Part shown: piece by piece, positions 30,997-38,972 of the stretch
Position numbering within the stretch: position 1 is the stretch's first letter
How the letters are laid out: each line of letters starts with the position of its first letter
Source of the DNA: an uncultured bacterium
Lineage (GTDB): Bacteria; Patescibacteriota; Minisyncoccia; CAIUEV01
NCBI GenBank assembly: GCA_937952315.1
Contig: CALFZX010000010.1
Coordinates: 5,047 to 69,046 of the forward strand
DNA: 64,000 nt
Direction: 5' to 3'
Notes under the pieces: model-generated
The model's database searches: none
The model's input: only the letters and a program-made list of their open reading frames with translations
Told to the model about the DNA's origin: nothing
Position numbers and translations under genes: made by a program

Positions 30997-32781
30997 ATGT
31001 TTATCAGCGACAAACAATTAAAAGGATTTTTACTGGAATCGGAAATCGTTCCCGCTTCTTTGTTGGAGGAAGCTTCTCTGGAGGCGGAAGATACCAAAAT
31101 AAAACTCGGCACCGTTCTGATGGAAAAAGGTCTGATTCAGGAAGAGCAGCTAAGAAAAACTTATGCTTACTTGCTGGGGATACCCTTTGTCAATCTTGAA
31201 AATCAGTATGTTCCCAAGGAAGTTTTGACAATTATTCCCGAGCCTATTGCTCGCAAACACAACATTGTAGCTTTCGAAAAAGAAGGAACAAAAATTAAAG
31301 TGGCAATGCTTGATCCGGAAGATCTTCAAACGATTGATTTTATTCGCAAGAAGACCCAAAGCAAAATTCTTCCCTGTCTGACTTCGGAAAAATCAATTAA
31401 ACATATTCTGACCCAATATCAAAAGTCTCTCAAAGCCGAATTTGGCGAAATAATCAACGAAAATGTCAAGTTTGCTTCAATCGCCGACAGGGCGAAAAAT
31501 CCGGTTAGGGACGATAAAAATTCGATCGGCAAAGAGATTGATCTTCTCAAAAAAAGAGCGGAGGAACTACCGGTAATCAAAATTGTCGATGTTCTGTTGA
31601 AGCACGCAATTTTACAGCAGGCCAGCGATATTCACATTGAACCGGAGGAAAAAGAAGTAGTGGTGCGTTATCGCATTGACGGTCTTCTGCACGATGTTAT
31701 GTTTTTGCCCAAAGAGGTTTTACCGGCCATCATCGCTCGAATAAAGGTTTTGGCCAATTTAAAACTAGATGAACATCGATTACCTCAAGATGGTCGTTTT
31801 AAGATCGAGAATAGCGATTATAAGTTCTCTTTTCGTGTTTCAATTTTGCCCATAATGGACGGAGAAAAAATCGTGATGAGATTGCTTAATGAATCGTCCA
31901 AGGGGCTAACTTTGGAACAGTTAGGCTTTAGAAATCGAGCTTTGGAGGCACTCCAAAAAAGTGTGCATAAATCGCACGGAATGATTTTAGTGACCGGACC
32001 AACCGGATCGGGAAAAACGACTACTCTTTACACGGTAATGGACATTCTCAATACCAACCAAGTCAATATTAGCACTGTCGAAGATCCGATTGAATATCGA
32101 ATGCCCCGAATCAATCAAACTCAAATTAATGCCAAGATAGGGCTAACTTTTGCAGCCGGTTTAAGGGCCCTTCTGCGTCAAGATCCGGATATTATCATGG
32201 TAGGAGAAATTCGAGATGAAGAGACAATGCATATTGCCATTAATGCCGCTATGACCGGGCATTTGGTGCTTTCAACCTTGCACACCAACAGTGCCTCCGC
32301 TACAATGCCTCGCTTGTTGGATATGGGGGCGGAACCTTTCTTGTTGGCATCGACTCTCAATATCGTTATTGCTCAAAGATTGGTACGCAAGATTTGTTCG
32401 GAGTGCAAAGTGGAATATCGTCTCAAGAAGGAAGAAATTGAGGAGTTGGGACGAAAAGTCGACTTAGCGGACCTCTTGGAAGCAATGAAACGGGAGAAAA
32501 TAATTCGACCCGAAGTGGCAAGCTGGGAGGAAATTATTTTCTATCGCGGTCAAGGGTGCAAGCGATGTGCCGAATCAGGCTATAAGGGCCGAATGGGTAT
32601 TTACGAAGTAATAGAAATGGACGATGATATCAGGGCGCTGGTTTCGAAGCGAGCTGATGCGGCCGAAATTGAGGCTGTAGCCATTGAGAAAGGCGTTCTA
32701 ACTATGCTTCAGGACGGATTCATCAAGTCGGCGGAGGGTCTGACTACCATTGAGGAAGTGCTGAGGGTAACTCAGGAATAA
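30997..32781 (+). CDS. pilB: Type IV pilus assembly / type II secretion ATPase PilB/GspE
   Basis: GSPII_E N-terminal domain, Walker A 'GPTGSGKTTTLY', 'GEIRDEET', 'TGHLVLSTLHTNSA', and tetracysteine 'CSEC...CKRC'. 594 aa. Confidence 0.88.
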   Translation: MFISDKQLKGFLLESEIVPASLLEEASLEAEDTKIKLGTVLMEKGLIQEEQLRKTYAYLLGIPFVNLENQYVPKEVLTIIPEPIARKHNIVAFEKEGTKIKVAMLDPEDLQTIDFIRKKTQSKILPCLTSEKSIKHILTQYQKSLKAEFGEIINENVKFASIADRAKNPVRDDKNSIGKEIDLLKKRAEELPVIKIVDVLLKHAILQQASDIHIEPEEKEVVVRYRIDGLLHDVMFLPKEVLPAIIARIKVLANLKLDEHRLPQDGRFKIENSDYKFSFRVSILPIMDGEKIVMRLLNESSKGLTLEQLGFRNRALEALQKSVHKSHGMILVTGPTGSGKTTTLYTVMDILNTNQVNISTVEDPIEYRMPRINQTQINAKIGLTFAAGLRALLRQDPDIIMVGEIRDEETMHIAINAAMTGHLVLSTLHTNSASATMPRLLDMGAEPFLLASTLNIVIAQRLVRKICSECKVEYRLKKEEIEELGRKVDLADLLEAMKREKIIRPEVASWEEIIFYRGQGCKRCAESGYKGRMGIYEVIEMDDDIRALVSKRADAAEIEAVAIEKGVLTMLQDGFIKSAEGLTTIEEVLRVTQE

Positions 32782-32783
32782 TT

Positions 32784-33890
32784 ATGGTTAATCTGATCGC
32801 ACTCAAAAGATGGTTTATGACTCAACAGTGGGTGCTTTGGGTGACCGCTGGAATGACGATTATTTTGGGCCTGAGCACGCTTTATAGTCTTTTTTATAAC
32901 TCGCCGGAAATTCGTATTTTTTATCATCAGCTTACTTACATTTTTTTGGGCTTGATTATTGCTTTTGTAATCGGTCATCAGGATTATCGTATTTTTAAGA
33001 AATTAATCGGCTATCTTTTTGCGGTTACCCTCGGTTTTATGGTGTTTGTGCTGATTGGCGGAGTTGAAATTCGCGGAACAACCGGTTGGATCGACTTTAA
33101 ATTTTTCAATTTTCAACCGGTCGAATTAGCCAAGCTAACGACTATCGTTGCTCTTTCTCTTTTTTTCGCCAAATACCACAATCTAGTCTACTCTTTCAAA
33201 GTGTTGTTAGTCTCTTTTCTTATCCCTCTACCTTTTGCGGTTTTGACTTATATGCAACCGGATATGGGCTCCACACTGGCTCTATTGGGCATTTGGCTTG
33301 GTTTTATTCTCGCGTCGAATCTGAGCTTTTATCGAAAAATAGCTATAGTTTTAGTTGGAGTGGCCATTGCTTCTTCCGGTTGGTTTTTCTTTCTGAAAGA
33401 CTACCAAAAGGCGCGTCTCAGCACTTTTTTACATCCGGAAACAGATGCACGCGGAGTGGGCTACAACACTCTTCAATCGATCACGGCTATCGGCTCCGGC
33501 GGTTTTTTGGGTAAAGGACTGGGCTACGGTTCTCAGAGCCAATTGAATTTTCTGCCGGAAGCTCATAGTGACTTTATTTTTGCCGTTTTTGCGGAAGAAG
33601 CCGGCTGGGTCGGTTCTCTGATTTTTCTTTTTATCTCAGGCTTTTTTCTTTTTTCGGTTATTTCTACCGCTTCAATCAGTCGCGACAATTTCGGTTATTT
33701 TTTGTCAATCGGCATTTTTTGGTTTTTTCTCATTCATTTTTTGGTCAATATGGGAATGAATTTGGGTATAATGCCGGTAATCGGGTTGCCCCTACCCTTC
33801 TTGAGCGCCGGCGGGACAAATTTATTTATTTCCTTTACGCTATTGGGGATTTTACAGTCAATTGCCAAATTTGGCATTCGAAAAATTTAA
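32784..33890 (+). CDS. SEDS-family peptidoglycan glycosyltransferase (RodA/FtsW)
   Basis: 10 transmembrane helices. 'FLPEAHSDFIF' and 'GLPLPFLSAGGT' blocks are characteristic of FtsW/RodA. Confidence 0.85.
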   Translation: MVNLIALKRWFMTQQWVLWVTAGMTIILGLSTLYSLFYNSPEIRIFYHQLTYIFLGLIIAFVIGHQDYRIFKKLIGYLFAVTLGFMVFVLIGGVEIRGTTGWIDFKFFNFQPVELAKLTTIVALSLFFAKYHNLVYSFKVLLVSFLIPLPFAVLTYMQPDMGSTLALLGIWLGFILASNLSFYRKIAIVLVGVAIASSGWFFFLKDYQKARLSTFLHPETDARGVGYNTLQSITAIGSGGFLGKGLGYGSQSQLNFLPEAHSDFIFAVFAEEAGWVGSLIFLFISGFFLFSVISTASISRDNFGYFLSIGIFWFFLIHFLVNMGMNLGIMPVIGLPLPFLSAGGTNLFISFTLLGILQSIAKFGIRKI

Positions 33891-33899
33891 ATTTTAGCT

Positions 33900-34613
33900 A
33901 TGTCGGGACACAGCCATTGGTCCGGGATTAAAAGAAAAAAAGCCCTGCTAGATTCAAAAAAGGCCAAAATTTTCACCAGATTGGGTCGCGCCATTGTAGT
34001 CGCCTCACGGTTGGGCGGTTCCAATCCGGATTTTAATCCAGCGTTACGGTTGGCTATTCAGAAAGCCAAAGAAGCAAACATGCCGAAAGATCGGGTGGAT
34101 AATTTGGTCAAAAAGGCAGGCGATCGCGAAAATGCTGAATTGGAAGAAATCGTCTATGAAGCGGTTGGTCCTTTCGGAACGATGTTGATGATTCTGGCTA
34201 TAACGGACAAACGAAATCGGACAGTTAGCGAGCTTCGAAAAATTTTGGAAGATCGAGGGGGAAAGATGGCGGACGGGGGAGTCGGTTGGAATTTCAGACG
34301 CGCCGGTTTTATTGACATGGAAATAGAATTCGAAAAAAAGGAGGAATGGTTGGAAAAAATCATGGAACTGGGTGTTGATGATTTTGAGGAAAGAACAAAA
34401 AATCGGTTAAGATTGTTAGTCGATCTTAATTTTTTGTTTAAAGTCAGAAACTCACTTCCAGAGGATGTAATTGACAATTTCGGCGTCGGCTACTTTCCAA
34501 AAACCCGCATAAAATTGACACCGGAAGAAAAAAAGCTTTACAATGGTCTAATCGAGGAGTTAAAAGAAAATCCGGATATTCAGGAAGTGTTCGATAATGT
34601 AGTCTGGATTTAA
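33900..34613 (+). CDS. YebC/PmpR-family DNA-binding transcriptional regulator
   Basis: 'MSGHSHWSGIKRKKA...KIFTRLGRAI' is a canonical YebC N-terminus. Confidence 0.85.
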   Translation: MSGHSHWSGIKRKKALLDSKKAKIFTRLGRAIVVASRLGGSNPDFNPALRLAIQKAKEANMPKDRVDNLVKKAGDRENAELEEIVYEAVGPFGTMLMILAITDKRNRTVSELRKILEDRGGKMADGGVGWNFRRAGFIDMEIEFEKKEEWLEKIMELGVDDFEERTKNRLRLLVDLNFLFKVRNSLPEDVIDNFGVGYFPKTRIKLTPEEKKLYNGLIEELKENPDIQEVFDNVVWI

Positions 34614-34758
34614 AAAAACTCGTCGCGGTCGATTTGACATATTATTAAGCTGTGGTATTTGGTAATAGTAAGCTTTATTAAGCGACGATACCACCTAAAA
34701 GAGCAAAAAGAAAAATGATTTTATCGATGTACAAAAGAGAGGAAGGAGGTGACAGAAA

Positions 34759-35031
34759 ATGAATAAAGAAGAATTGGTTGTTGCCGTGGCTAAAAAAGCC
34801 AGTCTCTCAAAGAAAGACGCCGAAGCCGCTATTAAAGCTGCTTTGGAGACTATCAAAGAGGCCTTGAAAAAAGGCAGTAAAGTAACTTTGACCGGATTCG
34901 GAACCTTCTTGGTGGCTAAAAGAGCTGCTCGAAAAGGTGTCAATCCTCAAACTGGAGCTGAGATTAAAATCCCGGCCCGAACCGTACCCCGATTCAAAGC
35001 CGGCAAAGGCTTGAAAGATGCGGTCAAATAG
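34759..35031 (+). CDS. hup: DNA-binding protein HU
   Basis: 'GFGTF...RAARKGVNPQTGAEIKIPAR...FKAGK' is an HU/IHF fold signature. 90 aa. A strong Shine-Dalgarno 'ggaaggaggtg' precedes it. Confidence 0.9.
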   Translation: MNKEELVVAVAKKASLSKKDAEAAIKAALETIKEALKKGSKVTLTGFGTFLVAKRAARKGVNPQTGAEIKIPARTVPRFKAGKGLKDAVK

Positions 35032-35067
35032 ACCTCATTAACGGATACGAAAGAAATTAAATAAGCA

Positions 35068-35099
35068 GTGAGAGGGGTTTATCCCCTCTCGTTGTTTTT
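35068..35099 (+). terminator. Rho-independent terminator after the HU gene
   Basis: Stem 'gagagggg/cccctctc' with a 4-nt loop, followed by 'ttgtttttt'. Confidence 0.7.
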
Positions 35100-35107
35100 T
35101 AGACTCA

Positions 35108-36280
35108 ATGATTATGCGTATTGGCATTGATGTTCGCGCTCTTTCGGGCGGAAAAAACACTGGGGTGGAGGAATATATTCGCAGTCTGTTGCCGGAGTTG
35201 TTTGTGTTGGGATCCAATCACCAATTCGTACTTTTTTTTAATAGTTTTAGCGGTCATTGTCCGCCGGAGCTGATCAGTTGGTCTTACTTGCCCAATGTCT
35301 CTCTTGTGAAACGATCTTGGCCCAATAAACTACTTAATGGTCTCTTTTGGTTCTTCGGCCAACCGTCTGTGGAATATTTTACCGGGCCGGTTGATCTGTT
35401 TTTTTTCCCCAACATGAATTTTTTTGCTCTCAAAGATAAAACTCCGTTTATAATAACATTTCACGATCTTTCTTTCGAACATTTTCCTCACTTTTTCAAC
35501 AGAAAAAGAAGAATTTGGCATTTTCTCATCAATCCTAAAAAAAAGGCGTTGGAATCGAAAAAAATAATTACGGTTTCCGCTTTCACCGCTTACGATTTGA
35601 GAAAAACCTACCGTCTTTCGAAGAACAAAATAGAAGCTATCCATTTGGGGTTGGATCAAAAATTTTTTTCAGTTGAGCGACCGGTGACTCAAATAAAGCG
35701 TAAAAAATTGATTAAAAAGTATAAATTACCCAAGAAACCTTTTTTCCTTTTTTTGGGCACTATCGAGCCACGAAAAAATTTAGCCTTTTTAATCAAGGTT
35801 TTCAATTTGTTTAAATTGAAAACCGGAAGTGATCGAGCCTTGGTTATCGCTGGTAGTGTCGGCTGGTCTTCCACTAAAGTTTTCGATGAATATGCTAAAT
35901 CACCCTTTAAAAAAGATATTTTTTTCATCGGTTCAGTCGAGGAGGCGGATCGCCCTAATCTTTATGCTTTAGCGGAAATTTTCCTTTTCCCCTCTCTTTT
36001 CGAAGGCTTTGGTTTGCCACCGTTAGAAGCGATGGCCACCGGTGTTCCCGTGCTTGCATCCGCATCTTCTTCCATGATAGAAATACTGGGGGATAAAGCT
36101 TTACTTTCGAACCCTTATGATGTGGCCGAATTCACGCGAGCGCTGGAAAAAATGTTGGAAGATCCCCTTTTTAGAGCCAACCTTTCCGTTGAAGGGAAAA
36201 AATATACCCAGAAATTTACTTGGCGAAAAACGGCGGAAAAAACTTTGGAAGTCTTCGATTCAATCGAAAAAATGAGCTAA
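35108..36280 (+). CDS. Glycosyltransferase family 4 (GT-B, group 1)
   Basis: C-terminal 'FPSLFEGFGLPPLEAMATGVPVLAS' EX7E motif. Confidence 0.8.
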   Translation: MIMRIGIDVRALSGGKNTGVEEYIRSLLPELFVLGSNHQFVLFFNSFSGHCPPELISWSYLPNVSLVKRSWPNKLLNGLFWFFGQPSVEYFTGPVDLFFFPNMNFFALKDKTPFIITFHDLSFEHFPHFFNRKRRIWHFLINPKKKALESKKIITVSAFTAYDLRKTYRLSKNKIEAIHLGLDQKFFSVERPVTQIKRKKLIKKYKLPKKPFFLFLGTIEPRKNLAFLIKVFNLFKLKTGSDRALVIAGSVGWSSTKVFDEYAKSPFKKDIFFIGSVEEADRPNLYALAEIFLFPSLFEGFGLPPLEAMATGVPVLASASSSMIEILGDKALLSNPYDVAEFTRALEKMLEDPLFRANLSVEGKKYTQKFTWRKTAEKTLEVFDSIEKMS

Positions 36281-36349
36281 AATGACGAAAACTTTTAAAC
36301 TACTCAATCGTTTCAAATGATAAGTAAAATAAAAAAATAATTTTCAATC

Positions 36350-36931
36350 TTGAGTTTATCAGTTAACTGCGAAGGAAAAACCGATTCGGAGGTGGTGGAA
36401 CTGGCAAAAAAGAACCCGGATTATTTGGCGTGCCTGATGGAACGATACGAAGAGAAACTTTTTTACTATGTTCGACGAATTTCTTTCTTCTCCAAAGAAG
36501 ATATCGAAGATATTCTTCAGGAAGTTTTCATTAAGGTATATAAAAATTTGAACGACTACGAAGACTCCCTCAAGTTTTCCAGCTGGATTTATCGTATTAC
36601 CCATAATCATACTGTTGATGAAATTCGTAAAAGAGGGGGCAAAAAAACGACTATTTCTCTAGATAAGGACGATCTTTTTAAGTTCATTAAATCGAGTGCT
36701 AATCTGGAGAAAGAAGTCGCAGTTAGAGAAAAAATGCGCGCGGTACGAAAGACTATAGATAAGATGCCGTTGAAATACCGAGAACCCATGGTTCTAAGAT
36801 TTTTGGAAGAAAAAAGCTACGAAGAAATTATGGATATTCTAAAAAAACCGAAAGGAACGGTAGCCACACTTATTAAAAGAGGCAAAAAAATGCTTTTATC
36901 TCAATTTGATAGAAGAATTCTTAGTCTTTAA
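36350..36931 (+). CDS. ECF-type RNA polymerase sigma-70 family factor
   Basis: Region 2 'DILQEVFIKVY...WIYRITHNHTVDEIRKR' and a region 4 HTH 'SYEEIMDILKKPKGTVATLIKRGKKML'. Confidence 0.8.
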   Translation: MSLSVNCEGKTDSEVVELAKKNPDYLACLMERYEEKLFYYVRRISFFSKEDIEDILQEVFIKVYKNLNDYEDSLKFSSWIYRITHNHTVDEIRKRGGKKTTISLDKDDLFKFIKSSANLEKEVAVREKMRAVRKTIDKMPLKYREPMVLRFLEEKSYEEIMDILKKPKGTVATLIKRGKKMLLSQFDRRILSL

Positions 36932-36946
36932 TTTTTTTCATAAACC

Positions 36947-37690
36947 ATGAAGAAGCAAGTAATCGAGGAAACTCTCAAGAAAATTAAACGGGAAAAAATA
37001 GAGCCGACTCCCAAATGGCAATTTGAATTGAAGAATTTTTCAGTTTGGGCGATCGTAGCGATTTTAATTGTCTCGGGCGGAGTGGCTTCGGGGCTTTTGA
37101 TTTATTTTTCTTTAGGTATGAGCCAAGAATTTTTCAGTTTGGGTGAAGGCCGACGCTGGATTTTTCTTTGGCATTTTTTTCCTCGTTTTTGGTTACTGAT
37201 TCTTTCAATTTTCTTTTTTTTGGCTTTCTTGGTCTTTCGCCAAACCAAACATGGCTATCGTTACGGTACTTGGTTGATTTCAGCCGGATTAATTTCTCTG
37301 GTGATTTTCATAGGCAGTGCACTTTATTTTTCTAACAAAAGCGAATGGACCCACGAATGTTTTTGTAATAGCGTTCCCTACTATAAGGAGCTCTCTTTCG
37401 ACAGAGAGAAAGTTTGGAGCCGTCCGGACATCGGTTTTTTGGGAGGCAAGGTGTTAACAGTGGAAGAAAATAATTTAAATTTAGAAGATTTGGTCGGGAC
37501 TGTTTGGTATGTAAAACTTGACGACGGGGTGTATATCAGTCGAAGAATCAATTTAATGCCGGAAATGATGATTAAAATAATGGGAGTCAAGGAAGCGGAA
37601 AACATTTTTCGGGCGGAGGAAATTAAACCTTGGAGCGGGCGAGGAAAGAGAAAGAGTCCGTCAACAATTTGTCCGCAAATTTCCTTTTGA
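36947..37690 (+). CDS. Membrane protein, putative anti-sigma factor (by context)
   Basis: It lies immediately downstream of the ECF sigma gene. A cytoplasmic N-terminus is followed by several transmembrane helices. No motif-level support. Confidence 0.35.
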   Translation: MKKQVIEETLKKIKREKIEPTPKWQFELKNFSVWAIVAILIVSGGVASGLLIYFSLGMSQEFFSLGEGRRWIFLWHFFPRFWLLILSIFFFLAFLVFRQTKHGYRYGTWLISAGLISLVIFIGSALYFSNKSEWTHECFCNSVPYYKELSFDREKVWSRPDIGFLGGKVLTVEENNLNLEDLVGTVWYVKLDDGVYISRRINLMPEMMIKIMGVKEAENIFRAEEIKPWSGRGKRKSPSTICPQISF

Positions 37691-37762
37691 AACTTTTTTT
37701 CCCTTCGTTCGTTATAGGTTAGTGCGTACGCAACTGTTCACTAATAAACCTAATTTAAAAAG

Positions 37763-38197
37763 ATGAAAAAGTATAATCGTAATCTAAATAGTTATCTTCT
37801 GGCCGGCGCTCTTTGCACTGCCGGAGTCGCCTCGGCGGCCATGATCGCCATCCCTACTTTCGCTTATCGTGGAGACGCTTCCCAAACAGGACCGAATTAC
37901 ACTCCGGAGCGACACGAAGCGATGGAGAAAGCTTTCGAAAATAAGGACTATGCAGCTTGGAAAAACCTTATGGCGGGCAAGGGCAGAGTAACGGAAGTCA
38001 TTAATCAAGATAATTTTGCCAAATTTGCCGAAATGCACAAGTTAAGAAAAGAGGGAAAGATTGACGAAGCTAACAAAATTCGCGCCGAACTCGGTTTAGG
38101 CCAAGGCCGAATGGGCAAAGCTGACGGGCAAAAGGGCAAGGGCATGGGCAAAGGTATGCGCAACTGCGACTGCCAAACCCAAACCGCTACTCAATAG
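37763..38197 (+). CDS. Secreted or membrane-anchored small protein with Lys/Gly-rich tail
   Basis: N-terminal signal or transmembrane segment. The C-terminus is low complexity: 'GQGRMGKADGQKGKGMGKGMRNCDCQ'. Confidence 0.45.
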   Translation: MKKYNRNLNSYLLAGALCTAGVASAAMIAIPTFAYRGDASQTGPNYTPERHEAMEKAFENKDYAAWKNLMAGKGRVTEVINQDNFAKFAEMHKLRKEGKIDEANKIRAELGLGQGRMGKADGQKGKGMGKGMRNCDCQTQTATQ

Positions 38198-38225
38198 TTA
38201 GTTTGCCGAAATTTTTAATAACCAA

Positions 38226-38252
38226 CGAGAGGTGCTTAGGCACCTCTTTTTG
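38226..38252 (+). terminator. Rho-independent terminator
   Basis: 'agaggtgc-ttag-gcacctct' followed by 'ttttgg', 30 nt after the stop of the preceding gene. Confidence 0.65.
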
Positions 38253-38345
38253 GTATATCTCCGTCTGGACAATAACCTTTAATAAAGATATATTGATTCC
38301 CAATCCATGCTCCTTGCCAAAATATTTTATCGATAGGAGAAAAAA

Positions 38346-38621
38346 ATGGTTCCGACTGTCGCCGATATGGAAAGAAGCGCCAGATATCATCTGCTTGCTT
38401 CAGTTTTCTCAGTCATCGTTTTCCCAATTTTGTTAATCGGCTCAGTTGTTATTTTCAGCTTGAGTTGGATTAGCCCGACGGTTTTTTGGTGTGCTCGGTT
38501 AGCAATGGCCGTCTTGGCGACGGGTATTGCCTTTGCCTATTTCAAAGCGGGCAATAAGTCGAAAGTTCCTCGTTGGTCGGTTGTCTCTTTGGTCATAGTT
38601 GCAACTCTTGTCATAAAATAA
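38346..38621 (+). CDS. Hypothetical small 3-transmembrane membrane protein
   Basis: 91 aa, preceded by 'aggagaaaaaaatg'. Three hydrophobic helices. Its GC content is higher than its surroundings. Confidence 0.35.
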   Translation: MVPTVADMERSARYHLLASVFSVIVFPILLIGSVVIFSLSWISPTVFWCARLAMAVLATGIAFAYFKAGNKSKVPRWSVVSLVIVATLVIK

Positions 38622-38750
38622 AAAAAACATTATTCTGTAAATGCACATCAGCACCTTCCAAAAAATTTAACAAGCACATTCCAACAAAACAACTCAACCA
38701 GCACATTCCCTCAACCCAGACCCTTTCTCAATCCCTCATCACAACCCCAA

Positions 38751-38786
38751 CCCCTCGCCGCGCGCCAGGGGTTTTTCTTTTTTTGG
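38751..38786 (+). terminator. GC-rich hairpin plus T-tract (terminator-like)
   Basis: 'cccctcgccgcgcgccagggg' followed by 'tttttcttttttt'. It follows a ~110-nt C/A-rich tract. Confidence 0.45.
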
Positions 38787-38807
38787 AGTCTTTATTTCTG
38801 ATCAATC

Positions 38808-38862
38808 TCCAAATCTACCTGCCTGCCGCCTGCCTGCCGGTAGGCAGGGTAAGCAGGTATTT
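38808..38862. repeat. GC-rich imperfect palindrome
   Basis: 'tacctgcctgccgcctgcctgcc|ggtaggcagggtaagcaggta' contains direct 'cctgcc' repeats and inverted arms. Its GC content is far above the local background. Confidence 0.5.
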
Positions 38863-38972
38863 AGGTTAAGCCCTCTCTTCCCCCATTTTTTGTTTGGGAG
38901 TAGAGTGAGAGTGAAATGCAAAACAAGAGTGATTGTTAGCTTTATCTTCTAAAAACTTTTTAGGAATAAAAG

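Noticed and set aside
38573-38869. 98-aa ORF spanning the C/A-rich and GC-palindrome region
   Set aside because: Extremely low-complexity translation (PSTQ-rich). It crosses the terminator hairpin and has no RBS. The structured non-coding interpretation is preferred.
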